Source: Escherichia coli (lineage in GTDB: Bacteria > Pseudomonadota > Gammaproteobacteria > Enterobacterales > Enterobacteriaceae). From it: DNA of 64,000 nucleotides. Positions 31,565-44,028 of this stretch are shown piece after piece. Location: the NCBI RefSeq assembly GCF_029227855.1, contig NZ_CP074356.1. One strand, given 5' to 3'. A program made the position numbers and the translations under genes. Numbering within the stretch: the stretch's first letter is position 1; each line of letters opens with the position of its first letter. Below the pieces are notes generated by a model. The model saw only the letters and a list, made by a program, of their open reading frames with translations. It ran no database searches and was not told the DNA's origin.

Positions 31565-32293
31565 TCAGGCAAACCAGGCGGTCCAGGCGGCGGAAAGCGG
31601 CATTGCCAGAAGGAGTGCTGGAAGCATGTTGACCACCGGGAACATTTTAATGCCACAGATGCGTAATCCGGTTGCCAGCAGCAATAAACCGCCTACGGCG
31701 CTGAAGTCTGCCATCATCGACGGTGTGGTCAGCGGTAATATCAGCGCGGCAGCCCACGCCAGCGTTAACTGGATGATCAGTAATGGGATACTAATCACCG
31801 ATACCGCAATACCCAGCGAGCAGGCGAAGATCATCGCCGTAAAGAAATCAAGAAATGACTTGGCGATTAAAATACTCGGATCGCCGGTCATCCCTTCGTT
31901 CATTGCCCCGAAGATCCCGGTGCCGCTGGCGCAAAACAGGACAATAATCGCGACATAATTCTGAATAAAAGATTCATGCGCTGGCTTCTTACGTGAGTGG
32001 CGAAACAGATTTTGTGCTTTGGTGACCGCGGTATTGACGCCTTTTTCCAGCAGACAAATTTCGCCGATTAATGCACCGAGTAAGGTTGCTAAAACCATCG
32101 CCGGAAGGTTGGCGCATTTCACCACCAGTAAAATACCAATCCCCAGCGATGCCAGACCAAAAATTGATGTCATGGAGACGCGGATACGTTCCGGTAAGCG
32201 TTGGCTAAGCAGTGCACCGAGCACGCCACCCAGTAATACTGCACTTGCGTTGATAAAAGGACCGATGACCACAAGAGTTCCTGTTAGCTGCAT
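31565..32293 (-). CDS. yqgA: DUF554-family inner-membrane protein YqgA (start uncertain)
   Basis: Polytopic hydrophobic protein; conserved pheV-adjacent position. Confidence 0.85.
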
Positions 32294-32669
32294 TGTCTGA
32301 TTTTCTTATTATGAACTTTTGCCGCCGTCGATGGCTTGTTTGTTCGCAAAGTCCTGGCTTGCACGCTTTAGCGAAAGGTGCCATGATTGCGCGAATTTTC
32401 TCCTCTCTGTACGGAGTTTGCCCGATGCACGCCATCTCCTTACATTCTCTCGCTTATCGCCGTTTCGCGCGAAACGTTTCCCTTTCTATGTTACTACTCA
32501 TGCGGTGAAGTTAACGCACGCTCACTGCAGGACAACAGTAAAATCAGAGCGTTTCTGCTTTTACTGATGTCTGGCGGTCGGAGCTGGTGACCAGTTTGAC
32601 CCATATCTCATGGGGCAGGGTTTTCCACCTTGTCCGGTATTCTTACTTCCCCGAAACGGGTTTGCGCTT

Positions 32670-34805
32670 ATGAAATCAATGAATATTGCCGCCAGTAGTG
32701 AACTGGTATCCCGACTTTCTACTCATCGCCGCGTGGTGGCGTTGGGAGATACTGATTTTACGGACGTCGCGGCAGTCGTCATTACCGCTGCGGATAGTCG
32801 CAGTGGCATTCTTACGTTGCTTAAGCGCACCGGTTTTCATCTACCGGTGTTTTTGTATTCCGAACATGTTGTTGAATTACCTGCGGGCGTTACGGCGGTA
32901 ATCAACGGCAACGAGCAGCAGTGGCTGGAGCTGGAATCCGCAGCCTGTCAGTATGAAGAGAATTTGCTGCCACCGTTTTATGACACGCTGACGCAGTACG
33001 TTGAGATGGGCAACAGCACCTTTGCTTGCCCTGGACATCAACATGGTGCGTTCTTTAAAAAGCATCCTGCCGGACGCCATTTTTACGATTTCTTTGGTGA
33101 GAACATCTTTCGCGCCGATATGTGTAACGCTGACGTAAAATTGGGCGATCTGCTTATTCATGAAGGATCGGCGAAAGATGCGCAGAAATTCGCAGCCAAA
33201 GTCTTTCATGCCGATAAAACCTATTTTGTCCTGAACGGCACATCGGCAGCGAATAAAGTGGTGACGAATGCGCTGTTAACGCGTGGCGATCTGGTGCTCT
33301 TCGACCGTAACAACCATAAGTCGAATCATCACGGCGCGCTGATTCAGGCGGGGGCGACGCCGGTCTATCTGGAAGCTTCACGTAACCCGTTTGGTTTCAT
33401 TGGCGGTATTGATGCGCACTGTTTTAATGAAGAGTATCTGCGCCAGCAAATTCGCGACGTTGCGCCAGAAAAAGCTGAGTTGCCGCGCCCGTTTCGCCTG
33501 GCGATTATTCAGCTGGGAACCTATGACGGCACTGTCTATAACGCCCGCCAGGTGATCGATACCGTTGGGCATCTGTGTGATTACATTCTGTTTGATTCCG
33601 CGTGGGTCGGTTACGAACAATTTATACCGATGATGGCGGATAGCTCGCCGCTGCTGTTAGAACTTAACGAAAACGATCCGGGGATTTTTGTGACCCAGTC
33701 GGTGCACAAACAGCAGGCGGGATTCTCACAGACGTCGCAGATCCATAAAAAAGATAACCATATCCGCGGACAGGCGCGTTTTTGCCCGCATAAGCGGTTG
33801 AATAATGCCTTTATGCTCCATGCTTCTACCAGCCCGTTCTATCCGCTGTTTGCTGCACTGGACGTTAACGCCAAAATTCATGAAGGGGAGAGTGGGCGTC
33901 GGCTGTGGGCGGAGTGTGTTGAGATAGGGATTGAAGCGCGCAAGGCTATTCTTGCGCACTGTAAGCTGTTCCGCCCGTTTATCCCGCCCGTTGTTGATGG
34001 CAAATTGTGGCAGGATTATCCGACATCAGTGTTAGCCAGTGACCGTCGTTTTTTCAGTTTTGAGCCGGGGGCGAAGTGGCACGGCTTTGAAGGATATGCC
34101 GCGGATCAGTATTTTGTTGATCCGTGCAAGCTGTTACTCACTACACCAGGTATTAATGCCGAAACTGGCGAATATAGCGACTTTGGCGTTCCGGCGACGA
34201 TTCTGGCGCACTATCTGCGTGAGAACGGCATTGTGCCGGAGAAGTGCGATCTCAACTCCATTCTGTTCTTATTAACTCCGGCGGAAAGCCACGAGAAGCT
34301 GGCGCAACTGGTGGCGATGCTGGCGCAGTTTGAACAGCATATTGAGGATGACTCGCCGCTGGCTGAGGTGTTGCCGAGCGTTTATAACAAATATCCGGTG
34401 CGCTATCGCGACTACACCCTGCGCCAGTTGTGTCAGGAGATGCACGATCTGTATGTCAGTTTCGACGTCAAAGACCTACAAAAAGCGATGTTCCGCCAGC
34501 AGAGTTTCCCGTCAGTGGTGATGAACCCCCAGGATGCGCATAGCGCTTATATTCGCGGTGAAGTGGAGTTGGTGCGGATTCGTGATGCCGAAGGGCGAAT
34601 TGCGGCAGAAGGGGCGTTGCCTTATCCACCAGGCGTGCTTTGCGTGGTACCCGGAGAAGTCTGGGGTGGGGCGGTTCAACGTTATTTCCTTGCGCTGGAA
34701 GAAGGGGTGAATTTGTTGCCGGGATTTTCGCCGGAGCTGCAAGGTGTCTATAGCGAAACCGATGCAGATGGCATGAAACGATTGTACGGTTATGTGTTGA
34801 AGTAA
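32670..34805 (+). CDS. speC: constitutive ornithine decarboxylase SpeC
   Basis: Start at MKSMNIAAS within the 32610 ORF; large PLP-dependent fold-I decarboxylase with SVHKQQ lysine motif. Confidence 0.9.
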   Translation: MKSMNIAASSELVSRLSTHRRVVALGDTDFTDVAAVVITAADSRSGILTLLKRTGFHLPVFLYSEHVVELPAGVTAVINGNEQQWLELESAACQYEENLLPPFYDTLTQYVEMGNSTFACPGHQHGAFFKKHPAGRHFYDFFGENIFRADMCNADVKLGDLLIHEGSAKDAQKFAAKVFHADKTYFVLNGTSAANKVVTNALLTRGDLVLFDRNNHKSNHHGALIQAGATPVYLEASRNPFGFIGGIDAHCFNEEYLRQQIRDVAPEKAELPRPFRLAIIQLGTYDGTVYNARQVIDTVGHLCDYILFDSAWVGYEQFIPMMADSSPLLLELNENDPGIFVTQSVHKQQAGFSQTSQIHKKDNHIRGQARFCPHKRLNNAFMLHASTSPFYPLFAALDVNAKIHEGESGRRLWAECVEIGIEARKAILAHCKLFRPFIPPVVDGKLWQDYPTSVLASDRRFFSFEPGAKWHGFEGYAADQYFVDPCKLLLTTPGINAETGEYSDFGVPATILAHYLRENGIVPEKCDLNSILFLLTPAESHEKLAQLVAMLAQFEQHIEDDSPLAEVLPSVYNKYPVRYRDYTLRQLCQEMHDLYVSFDVKDLQKAMFRQQSFPSVVMNPQDAHSAYIRGEVELVRIRDAEGRIAAEGALPYPPGVLCVVPGEVWGGAVQRYFLALEEGVNLLPGFSPELQGVYSETDADGMKRLYGYVLK

Positions 34806-34807
34806 GA

Positions 34808-34845
34808 AAAAAACGGGTCACCTTCTGGCGACCCGTTTTTCTTTG
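34808..34845. terminator. bidirectional rho-independent terminator between convergent speC and nupG
   Basis: aaaaaaacgggtcacc ttct ggcgacccgttttt: GC-rich stem flanked by an A run and a T run. Confidence 0.65.
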
Positions 34846-34850
34846 CGTAA

Positions 34851-36107
34851 TTAGTGGCTCACCGTCTGTGTGCCTGTCGGGACACGAACGTGTTTATATT
34901 TGAACATCGCCATGAACGCGAAGGCCAGAACCACGGAGTAACCAGCGAAAATCAACCATACGGTCTGCCAGTCGGTAATGCCGTTTTGGGTGTACATCTC
35001 AACAACTTTACCGCTCACGATGCCGCCAAGGATACAGCCGAAGCCGTTAGTCATCATCAGGAACATCCCCTGCGCACTGGCGCGAATTGCCGGGCTAACT
35101 TCTTTTTCGACAAACACCGAACCAGAGATGTTGAAGAAGTCGAATGCGCAACCGTAAACGATCATCGACAGTACCAGCAGTACAGTACCGAACGGAGTCG
35201 GGTCGCCGTAAGCAAACAGCGCAAAACGCAGGATCCACGCCACAATACTGATCATCATTACGTTCTTAATACCGTAGCGGCTTAAGAAGAACGGGATAGT
35301 CAGAATGAACAGGGTTTCAGAGATCTGCGAAATCGACATGATGATTGACGCATGCTGCACAATAAAGCTGCTGGCAAACATCGGATCTTTGTCGAAGCTG
35401 TGCAGGAAGGTATTACCGAACATGTTGGTAATCTGCAGTTCCGCGCCCAGCAGCATTGAGAAGATGAAGAAGATTGCCATACGCTTGTTTTTAAACAGCG
35501 CGAATGCATCGAGGCCCAGCAGGGTTGTCCAGCTCTGATTCGCTTGCTGTTTAGCAACCGGAATATGCGGCAGAGTCAGGGTAAACAGAACCAGAATGGC
35601 GGAAAGTGCTGCGCCAATATACAGCTGCATGTGGCTTAATTCGAAGCCAGACAGGCTCACCACCCACATTGCCATGATAAAGCCGATGGTGCCCCAGATA
35701 CGGATTGGCGGGAAGTCAGTAACGATATCCATCCCGGCATTTTGCAGGCGATAGTAAGAGATGGTGTTGATTAACCCAAGCGTTGGCATATAAGCAAACG
35801 AGTTAATCAATATCACAAGGAACATCGCCTCCGGCGTCGTGACCTGTGCCGCCATGAACAGCGTGATAGCGCCAATGGTGTGGCAAATGGCATATACCCA
35901 TTTCGCACTTAACCATTTGTCGGCCACAATCCCCAGCAGCGCAGGCATAAATACCGCGGCGATACCCAGTGAGCTATAAACTGCGCCGATAGAAGCACCG
36001 TCAAACTTCAGGGTAACAAACATATAGGAGCCGAGGGTCGTCAGCCAACTTCCCCACAGACAGAACTGCAGAAAAGAGAGGATTTTCAGCTGCAGCTTAA
36101 GATTCAT
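34851..36107 (-). CDS. nupG: nucleoside:H+ symporter NupG
   Basis: Start at MNLKLQLKIL; 12-helix MFS-type transporter. Confidence 0.9.
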   Translation of the reverse strand: MNLKLQLKILSFLQFCLWGSWLTTLGSYMFVTLKFDGASIGAVYSSLGIAAVFMPALLGIVADKWLSAKWVYAICHTIGAITLFMAAQVTTPEAMFLVILINSFAYMPTLGLINTISYYRLQNAGMDIVTDFPPIRIWGTIGFIMAMWVVSLSGFELSHMQLYIGAALSAILVLFTLTLPHIPVAKQQANQSWTTLLGLDAFALFKNKRMAIFFIFSMLLGAELQITNMFGNTFLHSFDKDPMFASSFIVQHASIIMSISQISETLFILTIPFFLSRYGIKNVMMISIVAWILRFALFAYGDPTPFGTVLLVLSMIVYGCAFDFFNISGSVFVEKEVSPAIRASAQGMFLMMTNGFGCILGGIVSGKVVEMYTQNGITDWQTVWLIFAGYSVVLAFAFMAMFKYKHVRVPTGTQTVSH

Positions 36108-36308
36108 GTTAATTTCCTCACATCGTGATGCGGATGAGTGTTTGAAAAAGCACATTTGACCGTGCGAGATGATGGGATTCTATCAACTTCGCGGACTGTT
36201 TTTTTGTTACCTGCGGCAAATAATTGCAAACATTCCCAATTTGCAAAACGAAATTGTGATGCGGATAACATTTTTGCCCCTGAGCATCGTCAGGGGCGGT
36301 TAGTGGAA

Positions 36309-37415
<1,107 letters not shown>

Positions 37416-37452
37416 TTATGCAAGTTGCCGGAGGCGTGCTCCGGCACTGTTT

Positions 37453-37731
<279 letters not shown>

Positions 37732-37755
37732 TCATCCTCTTTATCGACTCACGCG

Positions 37756-38808
37756 CTAAACCGGCGCGCCAGTGCGTAACTGCTGTAACAAACGCTCCAC
37801 GGGAGCCGCCAGGCCAACTGACGGCGGTTGCGCTAAGTTATACCAGAGCGCATTGCCTTCATCCATGCAGCCGGTGAATGACGACACGGGAAGCCACATA
37901 GGCACAATATCTAAGTGGAAATGGCTGAAGGTATGCCGAAACGCGGTCAGCTGCGTCAGGTTATCGGCAGAAATCTGTCGTTGCGCCAGCCACTGCCGCA
38001 AACTTTCTTCATCGGCAAACTGCGGGAAACAGTATAAACCGCCCCACAATCCGCTCGGCGGACGCTGCGCCAGCAATACTTCATCTTCGTGCTGTAACAG
38101 CAAAAAGTAGCCGGTGCGCTCTGGCAGCGTCTGTTTCGGTTTTTTGCCCGGATAAAGCGACCAGCTATTGTTGGCGGCGGCAATACATCCGTTTTGTAGC
38201 GGACAGAGCGAACATTTCGGCTTAGAGCGCGTACAAATCATCGCGCCCAAATCCATCATCGCCTGATTAAACCGTTCCACGCCAACCGCGGGCGTCACCT
38301 GCTCGCTCAAACTCCATAGTTTATTCTCGACCTCTTTTTTCCCAGGCCAGCCGCTTACAGCATAGCAGCGCGCCAGCACCCGTTTGACGTTACCGTCGAG
38401 AATCGGAAAGTGCTTACCCAGAGAAAGCGAGAGAATCGCGCCTGCGGTGGAACGCCCGACGCCCGGTAACGCCGCGACTTCTTCAAAGGTTTCCGGGAAT
38501 TTACCACTGTGTAAGGTGGCCACTTGCTGTGCCGCTTTATGCAGATTGCGCGCGCGGGCGTAATAGCCAAGCCCGGTCCACAAGTGGAGAACTTCGTCGA
38601 GCGGCGCATTGGCGAGATCGGTCACCGTCGGGAAGCGCGCCATAAAGCGTTCAAAATAGGGGATAACGGTCGCAACCTGAGTTTGTTGCAACATCACTTC
38701 TGAGAGCCATACTTTGTAGGGCGTCTTGTCAATTTGCCAGGGCAGAGTTTTTCGCCCGTATTTATCGTACCAGTCCAGAACCTGGGCTGAAAATTGCGAC
38801 GCTTGCAT
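37756..38808 (-). CDS. mutY: adenine DNA glycosylase MutY
   Basis: Start at [14 protein letters not shown]; helix-hairpin-helix [10 protein letters not shown] and [4Fe-4S] cysteine cluster (C-x6-C-x2-C-x5-C). Confidence 0.9.
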   Translation of the reverse strand: MQASQFSAQVLDWYDKYGRKTLPWQIDKTPYKVWLSEVMLQQTQVATVIPYFERFMARFPTVTDLANAPLDEVLHLWTGLGYYARARNLHKAAQQVATLHSGKFPETFEEVAALPGVGRSTAGAILSLSLGKHFPILDGNVKRVLARCYAVSGWPGKKEVENKLWSLSEQVTPAVGVERFNQAMMDLGAMICTRSKPKCSLCPLQNGCIAAANNSWSLYPGKKPKQTLPERTGYFLLLQHEDEVLLAQRPPSGLWGGLYCFPQFADEESLRQWLAQRQISADNLTQLTAFRHTFSHFHLDIVPMWLPVSSFTGCMDEGNALWYNLAQPPSVGLAAPVERLLQQLRTGAPV

Positions 38809-38968
38809 GGTCACCGAATTCACTGTTGTTGGGGGCAAGATTGCAGCACAGCGACGGCAGGGTGTAAACCGGAACTTTCCGCAGCCACGGCCTTATCATG
38901 CTTGCATCCGGCAACTAACTTTGGATAATGCCCGTTTTCAGAACACTTTCACAAGCGACTAAATCTTT

Positions 38969-39688
38969 ATGAAAAACGACGTCATCTCACCGGAATTTGA
39001 TGAAAACGGCCGCCCACTGCGCCGTATCCGTAGTTTTGTGCGCCGCCAGGGGCGACTGACCAAAGGCCAGGAACATGCGCTGGAAAACTACTGGCCGGTG
39101 ATGGGCGTTGAGTTCAGCGAAGATATGCTGGATTTCCCTGCGCTTTTTGGCCGTGAAGCGCCGGTGACGCTTGAGATTGGTTTCGGCATGGGGGCGTCGC
39201 TGGTGGCAATGGCTAAAGATCGCCCCGAGCAGGACTTCCTCGGCATTGAAGTGCATTCACCGGGTGTTGGTGCGTGCCTGGCTTCTGCGCATGAAGAGGG
39301 CTTAAGCAACCTGCGCGTGATGTGTCACGATGCGCTTGAAGTGCTGCATAAAATGATTCCTGACAATTCATTGCGCATGGTGCAGCTCTTTTTCCCTGAC
39401 CCGTGGCACAAAGCGCGCCATAATAAACGCCGTATCGTTCAGGTGCCGTTTGCCGAACTGGTAAAAAGCAAACTGCAACTGGGGGGCGTATTCCATATGG
39501 CGACCGACTGGGAACCTTATGCGGAACATATGCTTGAAGTGATGTCTTCTATTGACGGGTATAAAAACCTGTCAAAGAGCAATGATTACGTACCGCGTCC
39601 GGCATCACGTCCGGTGACGAAATTTGAACAACGTGGTCATCGTCTTGGTCACGGAGTATGGGACTTAATGTTCGAGAGGGTGAAATAA
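38969..39688 (+). CDS. trmB: tRNA (guanine46-N7)-methyltransferase TrmB
   Basis: 239 aa SAM-dependent methyltransferase (LEIGFGMG). Confidence 0.9.
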   Translation: MKNDVISPEFDENGRPLRRIRSFVRRQGRLTKGQEHALENYWPVMGVEFSEDMLDFPALFGREAPVTLEIGFGMGASLVAMAKDRPEQDFLGIEVHSPGVGACLASAHEEGLSNLRVMCHDALEVLHKMIPDNSLRMVQLFFPDPWHKARHNKRRIVQVPFAELVKSKLQLGGVFHMATDWEPYAEHMLEVMSSIDGYKNLSKSNDYVPRPASRPVTKFEQRGHRLGHGVWDLMFERVK

Positions 39689-40014
39689 TGGCAAAGAACC
39701 GTAGCCGTCGTCTGCGTAAAAAAATGCACATCGACGAATTCCAGGAATTAGGATTTTCGGTGGCATGGCGATTCCCGGAAGGTACATCGGAAGAACAGAT
39801 TGATAAAACCGTTGATGACTTTATTAACGAGGTTATCGAACCGAACAAACTGGCCTTTGACGGCAGCGGTTATCTGGCCTGGGAAGGTCTGATCTGCATG
39901 CAGGAAATCGGCAAATGCACCGAAGAACATCAGGCGATTGTGCGTAAGTGGCTGGAAGAGCGCAAACTGGGCGAGGTACGCACCAGCGAACTTTTCGACG
40001 TTTGGTGGGACTAA
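39688..40014 (+). CDS. yggL: DUF469 protein YggL
   Basis: Start at [12 protein letters not shown] overlapping the trmB stop (TAATG). Confidence 0.85.
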   Translation: MAKNRSRRLRKKMHIDEFQELGFSVAWRFPEGTSEEQIDKTVDDFINEVIEPNKLAFDGSGYLAWEGLICMQEIGKCTEEHQAIVRKWLEERKLGEVRTSELFDVWWD

Positions 40015-40039
40015 GAAAGCATACGGGCGATGACAAATG

Positions 40040-40135
<96 letters not shown>

Positions 40136-40197
40136 TGTACTTTGTTATCAATCTGGGGCCAGCAAATGCTGGCCTGATTTGTTCTTGAGGGAAGACT

Positions 40198-40917
40198 ATG
40201 ATGCGCAAAATGCTGCTGGCGGCAGCACTTTCAGTGACGGCAATGACCGCTCACGCCGACTACCAGTGCAGCGTCACGCCGCGTGACGATGTGATTGTCA
40301 GCCCGCAAACCGTGCAGGTGAAGGGCGAAAACGGCAATCTGGTGATCACGCCAGACGGCAACGTGATGTATAACGGTAAGCAATATTCCCTGAACGCCGC
40401 CCAGCGCGAGCAGGCGAAGGATTATCAGGCTGAACTGCGTAGCACCCTGCCGTGGATTGATGAAGGCGCGAAAAGCCGCGTCGAGAAAGCCCGTATTGCG
40501 CTGGATAAAATTATCGTTCAGGAGATGGGCGAAAGCAGCAAAATGCGCAGCCGTCTGACCAAACTTGATGCGCAGCTGAAAGAGCAGATGAACCGCATTA
40601 TCGAAACGCGCAGCGATGGCCTGACGTTTCACTATAAAGCCATTGATCAGGTTCGCGCCGAAGGCCAGCAATTAGTGAATCAGGCAATGGGCGGAATTTT
40701 ACAGGACAGCATTAATGAAATGGGCGCGAAAGCGGTGCTGAAAAGCGGTGGTAACCCATTACAGAATGTGCTGGGAAGCCTGGGCGGTCTGCAATCCTCA
40801 ATCCAAACCGAATGGAAAAAGCAGGAAAAAGATTTCCAGCAGTTTGGCAAAGATGTTTGTAGCCGCGTTGTGACTCTGGAAGATAGTCGCAAAGCCCTGG
40901 TCGGGAATTTAAAATAA
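40198..40917 (+). CDS. yggN: DUF2884 periplasmic protein YggN
   Basis: 239 aa with signal peptide; conserved position. Confidence 0.85.
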   Translation: MMRKMLLAAALSVTAMTAHADYQCSVTPRDDVIVSPQTVQVKGENGNLVITPDGNVMYNGKQYSLNAAQREQAKDYQAELRSTLPWIDEGAKSRVEKARIALDKIIVQEMGESSKMRSRLTKLDAQLKEQMNRIIETRSDGLTFHYKAIDQVRAEGQQLVNQAMGGILQDSINEMGAKAVLKSGGNPLQNVLGSLGGLQSSIQTEWKKQEKDFQQFGKDVCSRVVTLEDSRKALVGNLK

Positions 40918-40932
40918 TCCTCTATTTTAAGA

Positions 40933-40957
40933 CGGCATAATACTTTTTTATGCCGTT
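40933..40957 (+). terminator. hairpin downstream of yggN (probable terminator)
   Basis: acggcataa / ttatgccgt stem with T-rich loop and tail. Confidence 0.5.
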
Positions 40958-40959
40958 TA

Positions 40960-41670
40960 ATTGTGCACAGAAAACCCCCAGCTAGGCTGGGGGTTCCGGA
41001 AAGCTTTCAGCTTTGAGCCAGTTATTAAAACCCCTTTTGATTTGTTAAAACACTTTGCGGTCTGGCAACTGCAAGTGTCAAACAAGAAATCAAAAGGGGG
41101 TCCCAATGGGGAACGAAAAGAGCTTAGCGCACACCCGATGGAACTGTAAATATCACATAGTTTTTGCGCCAAAATACCGAAGACAGGTGTTCTACAGAGA
41201 GAAGCGTAGAGCAATAGGCAGTATTTTGAGAAAGCTGTGTGAGTGGAAAAGCGTACGGATTCTGGAAGCTGAATGCTGTGCAGATCATATCCATATGCTT
41301 GTGGAGATCCCGCCCAAAATGAGCGTATCCGGGTTTATGGGATATCTGAAAGGGAAAAGCAGTCTGATGCTTTACGAGCAGTTTGGTGATTTGAAATTCA
41401 AATACAGGAACAGGGAGTTCTGGTGCAGAGGGTACTACGTCGATACAGTGGGTAAGAACACGGCGAAGATACAGGATTACATAAAGCACCAGCTTGAAGA
41501 GGATAAAATGGGAGAGCAGTTATCGATTCCCTATCCGGGCAGCCCGTTTACGGGCCGTAAGTAACGAAGTTGGATGCAAATGTCAGATCGTGTGCGCCTG
41601 TTAGGGCGCGGCTGGTAAGAGAGCCTTATAGGCGCATTTGAAAAACCTCCGGCTATGCCGGAGGATATTT
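40960..41670 (+). mobile_element. IS200 insertion sequence (IS200/IS605 family); ends approximate
   Basis: Left-end perfect palindrome aaacccccagc ta gctgggggtt and second RBS-sequestering stem-loop (ccccttttgatt...aatcaaaagggg) upstream of tnpA; total size about 0.7 kb fits IS200. Confidence 0.7.
41106..41564 (+). CDS. tnpA: IS200 transposase TnpA (Y1 HUH transposase)
   Basis: 152 aa; HUH motif HIHML and catalytic Tyr region (FWCRGYYVDTVG). Confidence 0.85.
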   Translation: MGNEKSLAHTRWNCKYHIVFAPKYRRQVFYREKRRAIGSILRKLCEWKSVRILEAECCADHIHMLVEIPPKMSVSGFMGYLKGKSSLMLYEQFGDLKFKYRNREFWCRGYYVDTVGKNTAKIQDYIKHQLEEDKMGEQLSIPYPGSPFTGRK

Positions 41671-41803
41671 ATTCTTCGTTTTGTTACCTGCCTCTAACTT
41701 TGTAGATCTCCAAAATATATTCACGTTGTAAATTGTTTAACGTCAAATTTCCCATACAAAGCTAAGGGATAATGCGTAGCGTTCACGTAACTGGAGGAAT
41801 GAA

Positions 41804-42850
41804 ATGGAGTTTTTCAAAAAGACGGCACTTGCCGCACTGGTTATGGGTTTTAGTGGTGCAGCATTGGCATTACCCAATATCACCATTTTAGCAACCGGCG
41901 GGACCATTGCCGGTGGTGGTGACTCCGCAACCAAATCTAACTACACAGCGGGTAAAGTTGGCGTAGAAAATCTGGTTAATGCGGTGCCGCAACTGAAGGA
42001 CATTGCGAACGTTAAAGGCGAGCAGGTAGTGAATATCGGCTCCCAGGACATGAACGATAATGTCTGGCTGACACTGGCGAAAAAAATTAACACCGACTGC
42101 GATAAAACCGACGGCTTCGTCATTACCCACGGTACCGACACGATGGAAGAAACCGCTTACTTCCTCGACCTGACGGTGAAATGCGACAAACCGGTGGTGA
42201 TGGTCGGCGCAATGCGCCCGTCCACGTCCATGAGCGCAGACGGTCCATTCAACCTGTATAACGCGGTAGTGACCGCAGCTGATAAAGCCTCTGCTAATCG
42301 TGGCGTGCTGGTGGTGATGAACGACACCGTACTGGACGGTCGCGATGTCACCAAAACCAACACCACCGACGTAGCGACCTTCAAGTCTGTTAACTACGGT
42401 CCTCTGGGTTACATTCACAACGGTAAGATTGACTACCAACGTACCCCGGCACGTAAGCATACCAGCGACACGCCGTTCGATGTCTCTAAGCTGAATGAAC
42501 TGCCGAAAGTCGGCATTGTTTATAACTACGCTAACGCATCCGATCTTCCGGCTAAAGCACTGGTAGATGCGGGCTATGATGGCATTGTTAGCGCTGGTGT
42601 GGGTAACGGCAACCTGTATAAAACCGTATTTGACACTCTGGCGACCGCCGCGAAAAACGGCACTGCAGTCGTGCGTTCTTCCCGCGTACCGACGGGCGCT
42701 ACCACTCAGGATGCTGAAGTGGATGATGCGAAATACGGCTTCGTCGCCTCTGGCACGCTGAACCCGCAAAAAGCGCGCGTTCTGCTGCAGCTTGCTCTGA
42801 CGCAAACCAAAGATCCGCAGCAGATCCAGCAGATCTTCAATCAGTACTAA
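41804..42850 (+). CDS. ansB: periplasmic L-asparaginase II
   Basis: 348 aa with signal peptide and asparaginase signature TGGTIAG; second signature GIVITHGTDTMEETA. Confidence 0.9.
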   Translation: MEFFKKTALAALVMGFSGAALALPNITILATGGTIAGGGDSATKSNYTAGKVGVENLVNAVPQLKDIANVKGEQVVNIGSQDMNDNVWLTLAKKINTDCDKTDGFVITHGTDTMEETAYFLDLTVKCDKPVVMVGAMRPSTSMSADGPFNLYNAVVTAADKASANRGVLVVMNDTVLDGRDVTKTNTTDVATFKSVNYGPLGYIHNGKIDYQRTPARKHTSDTPFDVSKLNELPKVGIVYNYANASDLPAKALVDAGYDGIVSAGVGNGNLYKTVFDTLATAAKNGTAVVRSSRVPTGATTQDAEVDDAKYGFVASGTLNPQKARVLLQLALTQTKDPQQIQQIFNQY

Positions 42851-42965
42851 TCACCTCGCCCCGGTATCGTGCCGGGGCTTTTCACTTCAGACTTACGTCC
42901 ATTGCCAATTTTCATTATCCTGATGATAATCACCGGGATAAATTATTCCTCGTGAGGGTTTTCGG

Positions 42966-43973
42966 GTGAAAAAGCAATGGATTGTTGGCACGGCGCTGCT
43001 TATGTTGATGACTGGTAATGTCTGGGCAGATGGCGAACCGCCAACTGAAAATATTTTAAAAGATCAATTCAAAAAGCAGTATCACGGCATTCTCAAGCTT
43101 GATGCCATCACCTTAAAAAATCTTGATGCTAAGGGTAATCAGGCCACCTGGTCAGCGGAAGGCGATGTCTCTTCCAGTGACGATCTCTATACCTGGGTCG
43201 GTCAGTTGGCAGATTACGAACTGCTCGAACAGACCTGGACGAAAGATAAACCGGTAAAATTCTCGGCGATGTTAACCAGTAAAGGAACGCCCGCGTCTGG
43301 CTGGTCGGTGAACTTTTACTCTTTTCAGGCGGTAGCCAGCGATCGTGGGCGGGTGGTCGACGATATCAAAACGAATAATAAATATCTGATCGTGAATAGC
43401 GAAGATTTCAATTATCGCTTTAGTCAGCTTGAGTCTGCGTTGAATAACCAGAAGAACTCGATTCCTGCGCTGGAAAAGGAAGTGAAAGCGCTTGATAAGC
43501 AAATGGTGGCGGCGCAGAAAGCAGCGGATGCATATTGGGGAAAAGATGCAAACGGTAAGCAAATGACCCGCGAAGACGCCTTTAAAAAAATTCACCAACA
43601 GCGTGATGAGTTTAATAAACAGAACGATAGCGAGGCTTTCGCGGTTAAATATGACAAAGAGGTTTATCAACCGGCGATTGTGGCATGTCATAAACAGAGT
43701 GCAGAGTGTTATGAAGTGCCAATTCAGCAGAAGCGAGATTTCGATATCAACGAACAACGGCGACAGACTTTTCTGCAATCACAAAAACTTAGCCGTAAAT
43801 TGCAGGATGACTGGATAACGCTCGAAAAAGGGCAATATCCGTTAACGATGAAAGTTTCAGAAATAAACAGTAAAAAAGTCGCGATTTTGATGAAAATTGA
43901 TGATATCAACCAGGCTAATGAACGCTGGAAAAAAGATACCGAACAATTGCGGCGCAATGGAGTGATTAAGTAA
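42966..43973 (+). CDS. yggM: DUF1202 family protein YggM
   Basis: 335 aa with signal peptide; conserved neighbour of ansB. Confidence 0.8.
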   Translation: MKKQWIVGTALLMLMTGNVWADGEPPTENILKDQFKKQYHGILKLDAITLKNLDAKGNQATWSAEGDVSSSDDLYTWVGQLADYELLEQTWTKDKPVKFSAMLTSKGTPASGWSVNFYSFQAVASDRGRVVDDIKTNNKYLIVNSEDFNYRFSQLESALNNQKNSIPALEKEVKALDKQMVAAQKAADAYWGKDANGKQMTREDAFKKIHQQRDEFNKQNDSEAFAVKYDKEVYQPAIVACHKQSAECYEVPIQQKRDFDINEQRRQTFLQSQKLSRKLQDDWITLEKGQYPLTMKVSEINSKKVAILMKIDDINQANERWKKDTEQLRRNGVIK

Positions 43974-44028
43974 CTCATGTTAAGTACCTTTGCCGGATAA
44001 TATAAAAAGTTATCCGGCAAATTATTTT

